A stretch of DNA of 64,000 nucleotides from Carcharhinus longimanus (Eukaryota): NCBI GenBank assembly GCA_030264375.1, contig JASCQW010000139.1:22369971-22433970 (forward strand), written 5' to 3'. The notes beneath the pieces are model-generated. The model was not told the DNA's origin. It was given only the letters and a program-made list of their open reading frames with translations, and did not search any database. Made by a program: the position numbers and the translations under genes. Positions 1-12,181 of this stretch are shown here, one piece after another; within the stretch, counting starts at the first letter, position 1; the number at the start of each line of letters is the position of its first letter.

Positions 1-87
1 CATCCGAGGAAAAAGGCTATCACTGTCCACCCTATCTAAACCTCTAATCATCTTATATGTTTCAATATGTTTCAATATGTTTCAATA

Positions 88-403
88 TGGATGGCATAGT
101 GACATAGTGACGTAGTCCTGCCTCACACATCAACGACCCGGGTTCAATACTGGCCTTGGGTGACTGTGTAGAGTTTGCACATTCTCCCTGTGTCTGCATG
201 GGTTTCCTCTGGATGCTCCGGTTTTCTCCCACTGTCCAAAAGATGTGTGGGTTAGGTAGATTGGCCATGCTAGATTGTTCCTTAGTGTCAGAGGGACTAG
301 CTAGGGTAAATGCATGGGGTTGTCAGGGTGGGCCATGGGTGGGATTGTGGCCAGTGCAGACTCAATGGGCCGAATGGCCTTCTTGTGCATTGCTGGATTC
401 TAT
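88..403 (+). mobile_element. HE1/V-SINE-like tRNA-derived SINE, tail type A
   Basis: tRNA-like head (B box gggttcaatact), core gagtttgcacattctccctgtgtctgcatgggtttcctc, tail gggccgaatggccttcttgtgcattgctggattctatg. Confidence 0.8.
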
Positions 404-1067
404 GAATCAAACATTAGCTGACAATTACATAAAACTTAGACTATTCCACAATTCTTAGTAGAGTCTGTGCTAATCTTGGGAAATTTTTTTCTTGTTATTC
501 TTATTTACAATTTGAGGTGCAATGCAACTCAATTAGAAAAGACTGCAGTAAATAAGGAAGATAATCATAACATAATAAAATCTGTTAATCGGATTAAAAT
601 ATGGCTAATATTTTACATTCCATAATGCAAAGTACATCAAAATATTTTTGGTTTTAATTTTGTGCTTGATTCCAGTTAGTGTGTAGGTTGAATATTTACA
701 GATCAAGTATTGTAAGTTGTAGAGTCTTCTAGAGTGCTGTGGAATGGGAACCCGCACTGTGTGGTACCTCAATGTCCTGATCTTGGTAATTTCCACACTG
801 AATGCAGTTGATGATCACATTAATTTTGAAAACTCAATGAATTTCTCTTGAATGAATCCTCAGAGATCATGGAGGCTAAGGTTTATGGGCAATTGTTTCA
901 GTCCATAATTACTCTTGGGGCGGGCGGGGTGTCTGAGGAGTTAGCAGCCTCAGTGTATATACAGCTGGTTGTGAATTCTTTGAACTCAGTCACTTCTGAT
1001 ATTGAATTGTCCATTTAAAATGTTACAGAAGCATGTCAACCTGTGGGCCTTTCTGTGGTTAGAATAG

Positions 1068-1640
1068 AATAAGATCCCGACATTGCAGAAGGAGGCCATT
1101 CGGCCCATCGAGCCTGCACCGCCAACAATCCCACCCAGATCCTATCCCTGAAACCACATGCACGTACCCCACTAATCCCTCTTNNNNNNNNNNNNNNNNN
1201 NNNNNNNNNNNNNNNNNNNNNNNNNNNNNNNNNNNNNNNNNNNNNNNNNNNNNNNNNNNNNNNNNNNNNNNNNNNNNNNNNNNNNNNNNNNNNNNNNNNN
1301 NNNNNNNNNNNNNNNNNNNNNNNNNNNNNNNNNNNNNNNNNNNNNNNNNNNNNNNNNNNNNNNNNNNNNNNNNNNNNNNNNNNNNNNNNNNNNNNNNNNN
1401 NNNNNNNNNNNNNNNNNNNNNNNNNNNNNNNNNNNNNNNNNNNNNNNNNNNNNNNNNNNNNNNNNNNNNNNNNNNNNNNNNNNNNNNNNATTGGCCATGC
1501 TAAATTGCCCCTTAGTGTCAGGGGAGTTAACAGGATAAATATGTGGACTTATGGGGATAGGACCTGGGAAGGAATATTGTCAGCGCAGGCTCGATGGACC
1601 GAATGGCCTCCTCCTGCACTGTAGGGATTCTGCGATTCCA
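1068..1640. mobile_element. Two partial HE1-like SINE tails (minus, then plus) flanking a gap
   Basis: gcagaaggaggccattcggcccatcgag on the left and ttggccatgctaaattgcccc...gaatggcctcctcctgcactgtagggattct on the right. Confidence 0.65.
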
Positions 1641-3447
1641 TTGGGTTAATGAGTTGAAACAGCCTTCTGCAGAACATGGGAACCGAGAGTTACAACAATA
1701 GACAGAATTTTACCTGCACATCTGCCTGAGGTTTTTACGATCCCGCCCGAGGCCAAGGGAGAATGCTGTTCTCCGAGCCTCACCCACTGCTGGAATCGGG
1801 GCTGGTGTGCCAGTAAAATTCCAGCCAATATGTGGGATTTTCCCTTGCCCCAGAACCAAAAAATCCCGTCTGAAGTCAATGGACCTTTCCATGGTCTCAA
1901 GGTGGGCAGGACGGTAAAATTCCAGCCAATGTGTTGGAGCAGTGGGGGACGCGATCAGTTCTGAAGATAAANNNNNNNNNNAGAGGGTGATGGAATGTCT
2001 GAAAGTAGTGGATCAGTAATGAATGTGATGACTTTGAATATGACTGGCTGATCATTTGTGCTCAAGGGAATGGGACTGAGTTAACCAAGGCAATGCAACC
2101 ACGGTAATGGGATAATTGGAAGGGATTAAGCAAGGCAGAACTAATCCAGGTGAAGCCTGTGAAATTTGAGACCTTTTAATCTGCAAGCTATACGTGAGTA
2201 TTGAAATGAAGATGAAACGTGGACTCTCACAAACTTGTGGTGGTCAATTGAATCATGTATTCCATAGAGATTGGAGCCGAGCTCATTCTGTTCATCATCT
2301 ACATAAATGACTTGGATTGCAAATTTGGAAATATGACTTTCTCTTGCACCCTCCCCCTAGATTGTGGAGGGCATGCTCCCCCCACCCCCTCCCCGCCTCC
2401 ACCCACCCCCCCACCCCCGGCACCCAACCTTCTGGGTGTCGCNNNNNNNNNNNNNNNNNNNNNNNNNNNNNNNNNNNNNNNNNNNNNNNNNNNNNNNNNN
2501 NNNNNNNNNNNNNNNNNNNNNNNNNNNNNNNNNNNNNNNNNNGTGTCGCGGCGGGTGTTTAGCTGGCCCTCCCTTCACTCCAGCAGGGTCAGGCCATTAG
2601 CTCCTCGCAAGTGGGGATCTATATTAAATCCTGCTGGAGTGAAATACTCCTGGCGGGGTCGGGGTGAGGCTAGTGGGCCTGGAGATTTCAGTCCTGGACC
2701 CGCTAATGGGATTTTAGTTGTATGGAAATGAGGTCTGTAAACATTTTGCAGCTCCATGTCTAGTTCCAAGGAGGTTGTGGCATCCAACAGGGAACGACCT
2801 CTGCTAGAGTCTACCGCCCCGCTGCGCTACAAAAGCAGGGCTGGGAGAATCGCCCCCCCATTAAGTTTGCTTTTGGATTTTGGTCTCACTGCTCTAATTC
2901 TGCTGAAAAATAGGCAGTAGGGAACTCAAAGTCACCATCAATACCTCTCCATGTTTTGGCTTCTTCAGATTGCTGCTTCTTTTCATTCATACTTAAGTCC
3001 CATTTACTGCTGGGTTGTTGATTATGATCAAAACTGAATCGACACATTAGACCACCTGCTCTAATGTTTAAGGTGATGTGCAAATAGGGACTGGCAAAGT
3101 CAATTTAAACNNNNNNNNNNNNNNNNNNNNNNNNNNNNNNNNNNNNNNNNNNNNNNNNNNNNAACCAAGCTTATAAAAAGGGCTATTCAAGAAATAATCA
3201 AACCGCTTTGAATAAAATGTGCCAGAGCATCCCTCCCCGTATTTGTGAACTTGAATTTTGCAAAGTTTATCTAAGTTAAAGGTGTGTGGAATGAATGCAT
3301 GTTGAATTAGAATAAAAGAGGCAAGCAATATGTTTAAACAAGTTAAACTGAATCCAAGCCCCCTTCACTTGTACAGTAGGCTTTCTCTGCACTCTCTCCC
3401 TACGGTTCAGTTGGCAAGTTGATTATAACAGACGACATATTGTTAGA

Positions 3448-3795
3448 GGGAGGTGATGGTCTGGTGGTACTATTGCTAGATCATTAATCCAGAAACTCAG
3501 CTAAGGTTCTGGGGACCTGGATTCGAATCCTGCCACAGTAGCTGGGGTAATTTGAATTTGATATAAAGTGAGCAGTTAAGAATCTACTGATGACCATGAA
3601 ACCATTGTCATTTGTTGGAAAAACCCATCTGGTTCACTAATGTCCTTTGAGGAGGGAAATGCTGTCCTTAGCTGGTCTTCAGAGCCATGGCATTGTGGTT
3701 GAATCTCAATTGCCCTGTGAGCAAGGGCAGCAAGGGAGGGCAATAAAGGCTGGCCAGCCTACGACGCCCATGTCCCATAAATGAATAAAAAAAAA
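3448..3795 (+). mobile_element. SacSINE1/DeuSINE-like SINE
   Basis: tRNA head (ggattcgaatcc), core aaaacccatctggttcactaatgtccttt, tail acgcccatgtcccataaatgaataaaaaaa. Repeated elsewhere in the window. Confidence 0.7.
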
Positions 3796-5281
3796 TTCTG
3801 TGTGCCGGTGATAAATCAAGATGTAGTTGAGAATTCTGATTACTTCTAAATGCCCAACATGAGGGTGATGAGCATTTAATGTTTTAATATGTGGTTTGAG
3901 AATAATACAAAATATTTAAGTAACATATTAATAATGTCTCTAAGAAATTAATTTGTAACATGCCTGTAAAATGAAAGATGCATTCATGAAAGGTATCAGC
4001 ACAAGTCAGGCACAAATTATGCAACAAAACAAATTACCCATACATATCCAGGCCAGGGGTTAATGCCAAAAGATAACGGTACCTTCATTTGGTATTCGAG
4101 CCAATTTAAACTGGCTAGAGAAATGCTGAATCGTGAGAAGCCATTTTTGAGAGCGAACTTTCACATAACGGAGAGACAAATGACAGATCAATATTTAAAG
4201 GTGTCAAACTATAATTGAATGAAGGACATTGTTAGATTGACAGAACAGTGAATGATTGAAATTGCTTTTAATCATATGCTGGGCTGAATAATCTGCTAAC
4301 AAAAAATATAACCATTCTGCTTTTTGGCGTGAAATCTGAGATCTTCTGAGAATGCCTCATAGCTAATTTGCTGCATTGTTGAAATCAGAGATCCTCCTTT
4401 TGGCCGAAAGAAATTTGTCTTATCTTAATTGTATGTTTGTCTGAATATTTTTACTTTGTAATTTTTTTGATTCTAACATTTCAATAAAAACTAGTTTAAT
4501 TGAAGAATTTTAATTGAACTGAATAAACTTTTTTTTTGCCTTTGTGAAATGAAATGCTTAATGAAAAGTCTTTAAATTAATCGGGCCACCTGGAAGAATT
4601 TCCCACTACACAATGTGTTGGACCTGGTCTGTGTGAGAAATGGTTAAGAAGTTAAACATATTTCCCGTCCACGGTGATTAACTAGAAATAGTTTATAAAG
4701 TGGTTATCAACATCATATTGAATGAGAAACAAGTGAGAAAAATGTTACCTTGGGAGATCTTTGACTGCATCACAAAATGTTTGCCAGTCTTAGTCTTTCA
4801 GAAGAAAAGAGGAACCATAAAGGTCAGCAATTAACTTTATTTCATTAAATGTCAGGACAGGCGGGAAGCAGAGTTTCATATTAACTTTCTGTTGACAACA
4901 CTTTGAGTACAGGTGTTTATTCAGAGTTGGTGCTGTGTAATCATTTTTTCTTGTCATTTTAGGATTTTTTTTGAAAATGAGGAGAGTGAAAGGACATGGC
5001 AGCTTCAATAACATGTAACTGAAAATATTTTCCAAAAGTTTATGAATATTCTACTGTTATACTTCAGGGAGTTGATGAAGAATCTTCATTCATCAAGCAG
5101 GTAAAATTATGCTCGATGTCTGCCATACTATTGCAGTAAGTGAAAGATAACTTTCTGGTCATCTTCCTTGCTGGAGTGTGATGGGGAGAAGTTTCCAACA
5201 TGTATGTAGTCCTAAATTCCACGTATTATTTTATGGTTGCGTGTAAGGGAGGAATGGTTAGTTTGACAGGGTAGTTTCAGA

Positions 5282-5622
5282 AAGAATGTTCCCAGTGGTG
5301 GAAGAATCCAAAACTAGGGGGTCATAGTTTGAGGATAAGGGGTAAACCTTTTAGAACAGAGGTGAGGAGAAATTTCTACACTCAGAGGGTGGTGAATGTG
5401 TGGAATTCACTACCACAGAATGTACTTGAGGCCAAAACATTGTCTGATTTCAAGAAGAAATTAGATATAGCCCTTGGGGCTCAAGGGATCAAGGGATATG
5501 GGGAAAAGCGGGGAATCAGGATATTGAATTTGATGATCAGCCAGGATCAAAATGAATGGTGGAGCAGGCTCAAAGGGCCAAATAGCCTACCCCTGCTTCT
5601 AGTTTCTAGGTTTCTATGTATG
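5282..5622 (+). mobile_element. CR1/HER1-like LINE 3' end
   Basis: Encodes TRG(H)SLRIRGKPFRTEVRRNFYTQRVVNVWNSLPQ, the typical CR1 ORF2 C-terminus, followed by a tttctatgt-type tail. Confidence 0.9.
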
Positions 5623-5799
5623 CCCTATTATAAAACCATGCATTATATATCAAAAATAACTTAATGTATTTATTGACCAACAATTGAAACAATATTCTGG
5701 TGATACAGCAGTTCCTAAGATGGCTGAACATTTGCATGATTTTGTACCAGAAATTCCAATCCCATTAGGTCATTTATGTAGAGAAAACCCCATCAGAAA

Positions 5800-6680
5800 C
5801 AATCACCTTGAAGGAGCATGAATAAGCCATATCTTAACCCATTCACAAAGCAACCAGACAATTGCCTGGTACTTAACTAGGTGGGGACAAATCATTGGAT
5901 CTTATCACCTCAGATAATAAACTCTGGCTATGAAAATAACTCACCTAGCTATAATCTAATCATGTAAATTGAAATCTACTGGTCATGACCATGTTTAAGT
6001 AACTGGTCAGTTGAAGAAGAAGGATCATGTGACAAGCCAACTAACCCTCTTTGTGTTAAAGAAATTGTTTTTCCCTAGGCCATGGACAGTTGCGGAAGAG
6101 ATGTCGAAAAGACAGGACTCCTGAATGGGACACACCCTCTCTCTCTCTCTCTTGCCATCCAGCCTGCAAGTCTGAGTCATGGCTGCTGTCTGACCATCCA
6201 TACATTGTGGGCAGCATTTTAAGAATCAACATGGCAGCTGCTAACTTCATCAGATACAAGTCGTCTGTCAACATATTTGAATTGCCTTGATACCGAATCC
6301 AAAGTAACTTTTGAGCTAGCTGAAACCATCCAAGTCACCAATCTTTAATTCTAACTGGACTTTAAAACAAAGCTTAAACAATTCTCCTATTTTGTAACAT
6401 ACTTATGTGTCTGCTTGAACCTTTGAGTGTGAGTGTGTGAAATTCAGCGTATTTTTATTATTTTATTTAGACTGGATTAGATTCAACAAATTTTATTCTC
6501 TTTTCTTTTTGAAAACCTACATGGACACCTACCAGTTTATATTTTTTATAGGCACAGCGTACAAAAAGTTAAACACTCACTGAACTGACAAACGTTCTTT
6601 AAAAAAAAACCCATTGCAGTCAAAAAAGATATGTGAAAAGAGGGGAACCACTTACTATCTTTTTTCATCTAATCGTAACA
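5800..6680 (+). mobile_element. Possible solo LTR
   Basis: Internal (CT)n and (GT) tracts and a ...cgtaaca terminus. The 5' end and TSD were not found. Confidence 0.3.
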
Positions 6681-6737
6681 GCCAGCAGCAGGATTTGTGA
6701 TTTTATTTTTGGGAGAATTTCCCCCTATATTGTTCTC

Positions 6738-6895
6738 ATTGTCACTGGATCAAAACCCTGCATCTCCTTTCCTAAAAGCATTGTGGGTGTCCCTGCATCA
6801 CATGGACCGTGGCAGCTCACCACCACCTTCTCGAGGACAATTAGGAATGGACAACAAATGCTGCTTTTGCCAGTGGTGCCCATATTCCTTGAAAT
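6738..6895 (+). mobile_element. LINE 3' end sharing its tail with the SacSINE1-like SINEs
   Basis: gcagctcaccaccaccttctcgaggacaattaggaatggacaacaaatgctg...gcccatattcc resembles the SINE tail gggcaactagggatgggcaataaatgctggccagc. Confidence 0.55.
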
Positions 6896-7687
6896 ATTTT
6901 TTAAAAAAGTATCAAAATGTATAATATCAGCTAATTGATTTAAGCCTAGATGCTTTAAATCGATCAACGTCCACCATAGAGTGATTGATAGATATTCCAT
7001 GGATGCACTAAATAACTGCAACATAGCATCGCCAACAGTAATAATAGGCCTTCATTTCATATACTGTGCTGATCCTTTTTGAGGTTTCTGCATGAATTAG
7101 TTTTCTATCCATGCATAACATCGCACTGCTTTACTTTTGACTGGTTGCAGAGCTTAACGCATCTGCCAATTGTCAAAAACATCTCAAGAATTATTTGATT
7201 TGGCTCAAATTTCAGCAGGAAGCCAAACAATTTATCCCTTAGATACTTCTGATAACCAGATGGGAACATAGGCCACAGGATCAGGCCTAAAGTGTTATAT
7301 ACTATTCTTAAATCTTGTTGGCAAGCAAATAAGATATTTTAAAAGTAGCGCACTCAATATAAATGTAACTACTTAGCTGGGATCACGCAAGTTTCTTTCC
7401 AGTTTTCAAGTGGAACACATTTGATTATATAGAAAAAGCTCTGCTTGCTGCTTGAAAGCTTTTTTTTAATCCCAAGTCATGAAGGAGAATTAAGTGCATT
7501 AGAGCAGATCAACTGAACTAATGCCAGATACATTCTACAACCCAATTTTCCATCAGTATAGGGGAAGAATATCTGACTCCAAATAGCTGGTGTTAGTCGT
7601 TGCTCCCAGGGAGTGCATGTTTGTAGCTCTGGGATATGGGTCAGGGAAGATGCAGGATTCTTTTTATTCATTCATGGGATGTTTGAC

Positions 7688-7980
7688 ATAGTGGCACAGC
7701 GCTCAGCTCCGCTGCCTCACGGTGTCACGGTCCCGGGTCAATTCCTGGTTTGGGTCACTGTTTGTGCCGAGTCTGCACATTCTCCCCATGTCTGCGTGGG
7801 TTTCTTTGGGTGCTCCGGTTTCTTTTCGTAGTCTGAAAGATGTGCTGCTTAGGTGGATTGGCCATGCTAAATTCTCTCTCAGTGTACCTGAACAGGTGGC
7901 GGATGGGGGATTTTCATTGTAACTTCATTTCAGTGCTAATGTAGGTCTACTTGTGACACTAGTAAATCAATTTTAAACTT
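7688..7980 (+). mobile_element. HE1-like SINE, tail type B
   Basis: V-SINE head/core, then attctctctcagtgtacctgaacagg...aacttcatttcagtgctaatgtaggtctacttgtgacact. Confidence 0.8.
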
Positions 7981-7984
7981 ATGT

Positions 7985-8298
7985 GAGTGTCGTTGGCTGT
8001 GTATTGTCCATACCTAATTGCGTTCGGACTGAATGCCTTGTGAGGGCATTTAAACATCACCCACATTGCTGTGGATCTGGAATCATGTGTAGGTTGGACC
8101 AAAACCAGGTAAGGATGGCAGGTTTCCTCCTCTGAGCGAGTCAGGTGGGGTTTTATTAAAATCAAACATGGTTGCATCAGTAAACCTTTAATTCCAGATT
8201 TTTATTGCAATTCAAATTTCACCATCCGCCTAATGGGATGCGAACCTAGGTTTCAGCGTTACTAATCCTGACACAATACCACTACACCACTGCCTCCT
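7985..8298 (-). mobile_element. SacSINE1-like SINE (degenerate)
   Basis: Reverse complement of the 3448 family (accaggtaaggatggcaggtttcc, aattcaaatttcaccatc). Confidence 0.6.
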
Positions 8299-8399
8299 CT
8301 CGATTTCCCCACCACCAAAGTGAATGGACAGAGAGTCTCGATCGTTGCTGACCTTCCTGTCCAATTTCTCAACCTAGCGAGCAAAACCTTCACAAAGAT

Positions 8400-8600
8400 A
8401 AAGGCAAAACACTGCGGATGTTGGAATCTGAAACAAGGACAGAAAATGCTGGAAAGTCTCAGCAGGCCTGGCAGCATCTATGGAGGGAAAACAGAGCCGA
8501 CATTTTGAATCTGGATGACCCTTGACCTGAAACATTGACTCAATTCTCTCCTCGGATAATATCAGACCTGCTGAGTTTTTCCAGCATTTTCTGTTTTGGT
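8400..8600. mobile_element. Penelope-like element remnant forming an inverted repeat
   Basis: acagaaaatgctggaaagtctcagcagg is inverted as cctgctgagtttttccagcattttctgt. Same terminal sequence as the GIY-YIG-bearing copy at 44246. Confidence 0.65.
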
Positions 8601-9919
8601 TGAGTAAAGCCTCACACCGGCCGCACACACTTTATAATCTGTTTAGTTGGCTAATTGTCGTGATTGTCTCCGCTAGTTATGAAAAAATACATCATTCTCT
8701 CCGACAGCGTTGAATAATCAGCTTGGATTAGGTGCTCAAGGTCTCTCGCAGCGCAATCTTAACTTTCAACTCAAACCTTATCAGTGAACCATAACTGACA
8801 TGAAATTATAGTTTATAACACCCGTGGCTGTGGCCTCAAACGCCATCCCCAGGTGTGAGCACAAAACCCAGGCTGACAATCTGTATTTTTGGATGTGCTA
8901 TCTATCAATTACAATGTTAAACCAAGGCTGGGCTTCACCATCATTCATTCTTCAATGCCACCAAAACTAGACATAGATCGCGTTGCTGTTTGTGCAAATT
9001 CGCTGCATTGTTCACCAACAAAGCAACAGTGGCTTAATGAGCGTGGAGAACTTTGTGGTGTCAGAAGAGTATGAAAGGCATTATTTAAGTACAAGTTCAT
9101 ACTTAGACTATGGTTTTGAGTAATGATTAATGAGAGCTATTAATGAGTGCAATTCTAAAAGTATTGCTCACTTTTCAGTGAGTTACACACTGTCAAAATG
9201 CAATCAAAGATTATGCCACCTTCTTGCCCACCGCTATCCAAATTGCATTTAAACATGGCATAGGGGAACCATCAGGTGGCCTGTCCACGCTTGCATCTAT
9301 TAAGGCTTTCAATTGATCAATTAATAGGCACTTAAGGCCTCATCCACTGTGGTCAGTACGATAGGGGAGACACATATCAGTTGGGAAGCCACAGCAGTTT
9401 TAGCTGTGTGGGCTGGTGCCAGGCAAACAGGAGATCCTGTGTGGGCTGCTCTTGGCACAGAGGAGGCAGATCTTATGGTCTCCCTTTATAACCCTCACGC
9501 TTGGCTTGTTGAACCCATCCCACACCAACCGCCATCCCTCTCTCCACCCTCCGCACCACCCCGCCCCCTCCCCCCCACACCAAGCTAGCCCTGGTGAGAG
9601 TCCAAACCCGGGACTTAACTAGCTCCTCAATATGGTGGGACTGCCTGTAGTCCCAAAAGTGCCCACAGCTCCTGGTGGCGCTACTGAGACTACAGAGCTG
9701 CTGGCCATCCGATTAGGCAACAGCTCTCTAAGGCAGGACTTTCTCACAGTGTTAAATGGCTGTTGGGCAACAGGGATTGTAGGTGGACTCCTCCTAACAT
9801 TTTAGCTGAGGGTTGAAGTGAGGACTGTGCCAATTTCTTGTGTTTTAATCTGTGAGTTTCAACCCCAGGGCTACATTTGTTATTGTGATATAATCAATAT
9901 TAGAAGATGTAGTTCACAG

Positions 9920-10182
9920 AATCATATAAGCCCTACAGTGCAGAAGGAGGTCATTTGGTCCATCGAGTGTGCACTGACTGTCTGACAGAGCATCTTATCC
10001 AGGCCCATCCCACCCCTGTGCTATCCCCTTAATCCCACAAAGAGGAGGAAACTGGAAAACCCGAAGGAAACACATGCAGAAACAAGGAGAACATGCAAAC
10101 TCCACAAAGATCGCGACCCAAGGTCGGAATTGAACCTGGGTCCCTGGCACTGTGAGGCAACAGTGATAACCACTGTGCCACC
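9920..10182 (-). mobile_element. HE1-like SINE, tail A, internally deleted
   Basis: ctacagtgcagaaggagg ... ccctggcactgtgaggcaacagtgataaccactgtgccacc. Confidence 0.75.
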
Positions 10183-10523
10183 AAAATAAATTTGGTGCAA
10201 TATTTGTTATTGACATGGTCAACAATATCATTCTAAAGCCTAAAATTCATTGAAAAAGGTGCAAAAGTTAACATTTAAGGCCCCTGTTTTTCTGCTTGGA
10301 ATTTGGGTGTCCAGTCTCCTGTTGTTTCCATTCAAACTAACTGTAATAGATAAAGTAACTTTCTTCCACTGAAAACTCCCAGCTACCAAATTAGATTAAC
10401 AAGTTAACATTTGATAGTGCTTCTGTCTGAACTGAGATTCTTCCCTCAAATTTCTCAGTTTTGAGAAGCAAGTTCTTCCAGCTCAAGCTTTAGTTAATAA
10501 CTTTGCGCTTGTGTGAGTACCTC

Positions 10524-10925
10524 ATCTTCTTCTTAGGCAGTCCCTCGGGGTCAAGGGTGATTTGCTTCCACACTGCAAGTGAGTTCTCAGGTGACTGAGG
10601 AATCCAATGCAAGACATTCTCTGCCAACTTGACAATACAGTCTCTGTCACAGGTGGGACACAGTAAGAGGTCTCACAACACCAGATTAAAGTCCAAAAGC
10701 CACTAGGACAGACAGTGGTTGGAGGAGCAAGTGGATGGACTGCCAGGGTTGCCAAGTGCTCATTTCGCTGTTGCTTCCACTTGCTCTTGGCTATGAAACT
10801 TGAGTGTCCCTCTCCTTCCCAGATGTTTGATTTTTCACTTCGGCTGTAGTGGGTCAGGAATTCCCCAGTGTTGATGAGGATGTTGCACTTTTTCAATGGA
10901 GGCTTTGAGGGTGCCCTTGAAGAAT
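10524..10925 (-). mobile_element. RTE-clade LINE 3' end
   Basis: The minus strand encodes FKGTLKAS/KKCNI...CIGFLSHLRTH (RTE C-terminal motif) and ends in a (GAA)n tail. It contains a short Penelope-arm fragment at ~10659-10698. Confidence 0.7.
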
Positions 10926-11002
10926 TTACTTTGTGAGTCCTTTCTGGTGCTCACATGCCCTGCTGTAGCTGGCATATCATCATGGAGCAGCCAGAGAATT
11001 TT

Positions 11003-11290
11003 AATTTATTTATCAGTGTCACAAGTAGGCTTACATTAACACTGCAATGAAATCACTGTGAAAATCCTCTAGTTGCCACACTTCAGCACCTGTTCGGATA
11101 CACCGAGGGAGAATTTCACATGGCCAGTACACCCAACCAGCACATCTTTCGGCCTGTGAGAGGAAACCAGAGCACCTGGAGGAAACCCACATAGACACGG
11201 GAAAACATGCAGACTGGGCACAGACAGTGACCCAAGCCAGGAATCGAACCCTGGTCCCTGGTATTGTGAGGCAGCAGTGCTAACCATTGT
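11003..11290 (-). mobile_element. HE1-like SINE, tail B
   Basis: Full head, core and tail B in reverse orientation. Confidence 0.8.
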
Positions 11291-11536
11291 TACTTCATTG
11301 CACTATTAATATAAGCTGACTTGTGACAGCAATAAATAAACTTTAAGCTATAATTCTGATAAAGATTCTCCAGCTTATAGGAAGTTAAGAAATGGCACTA
11401 AAAAGAAACACATTTTAAATGCTGCAAGATTTGTTTTAAAAGGTTTTTGGCACACTGGGCGGGCGCTGGCCAATGGTGAAAATATTTAAGCCTTAATTCA
11501 ATGATCCTTTCGTTTTTTGATTCACAGGCTGCAAGT

Positions 11537-11564
11537 TTCAGCACCACGGTATCTGGACAGCGCC
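11537..11564 (+). promoter_or_regulatory. Non-canonical RE1/NRSE (REST) site in the CPLX3 intron
   Basis: TTCAGCACC-acggtatct-GGACAGCGCC: perfect half-sites, 9-bp spacer. Confidence 0.75.
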
Positions 11565-12020
11565 CGACTGAATGACCACAGCAAGGCAATTTTCCTATGA
11601 GTGTAAAGCTTACTTACTGTCACAAGTCGACTTACATTAATGCTGCCTTAAAGTTACTGCGAAAAATCCCACTCCTTAAACTGTGATGCAAATCGTTTCC
11701 ATAGGAAAATGAACTTGACAGAGAATCCCAATACTTTTTTAAATCCTGGTATCCATTCTTAGATAACTCGTTGACTATATTATTAGGATGGTATCGTTGG
11801 TTTTTGAAACGTGTATAACATTTGAGGAGGTTGTTCTTGGCGTCTCGATTAGTACACACTAGAACCGAGGTGAATGAAAAGTAAATTCGCCTTTTAATTC
11901 TTACCATTTATCAAAGCAGTTTCAATTCTGTGTGATTGTACTTGTGGGATTTTCAGTTTGGGAGCATTCAGCTGTCTTGGGTTTTCAGAAATTCAACAAG
12001 ATTTAAAAAAAGACACTTAC

Positions 12021-12181
12021 TTTTCTTCCACTAGCTGCCGTTGGTATTCCTCAAATTCTTCTCTCGTCATCCCCTGCGCTGCTGCTTCCGATTTCTCCCC
12101 CTCGCCCTTGTCATCGCCCCCGCGACCACCCGTCAGGTTCTTCAGCTGCCCCCCTACCATGGATTTAACCATGAAAGCCAT
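12021..12181 (-). CDS. CPLX3: Complexin-3, first coding exon (partial CDS, ends at a phase-2 intron)
   Basis: Translates [53 protein letters not shown](K), nearly identical to the vertebrate CPLX3 N-terminus as recalled. Strong Kozak context (GGCAGCATGG). Ends GAA GAA AA|GTAAGT, a canonical splice donor. Confidence 0.95.

Noticed and set aside
55-89. (ATATGTTTCA)x3.5 tandem repeat
   Set aside because: Short slippage repeat at a CR1/SINE junction with no sign of function.
2886-3083. Minus-strand ORF (…MNEKKQQSEEAK…) considered as a later CPLX3 exon
   Set aside because: No match to complexin exon 2 or 3, and no CAAX end.
12017-12019. Apparent stop codon truncating CPLX3
   Set aside because: The TAA is part of the GTAAGT splice donor and lies in the intron.
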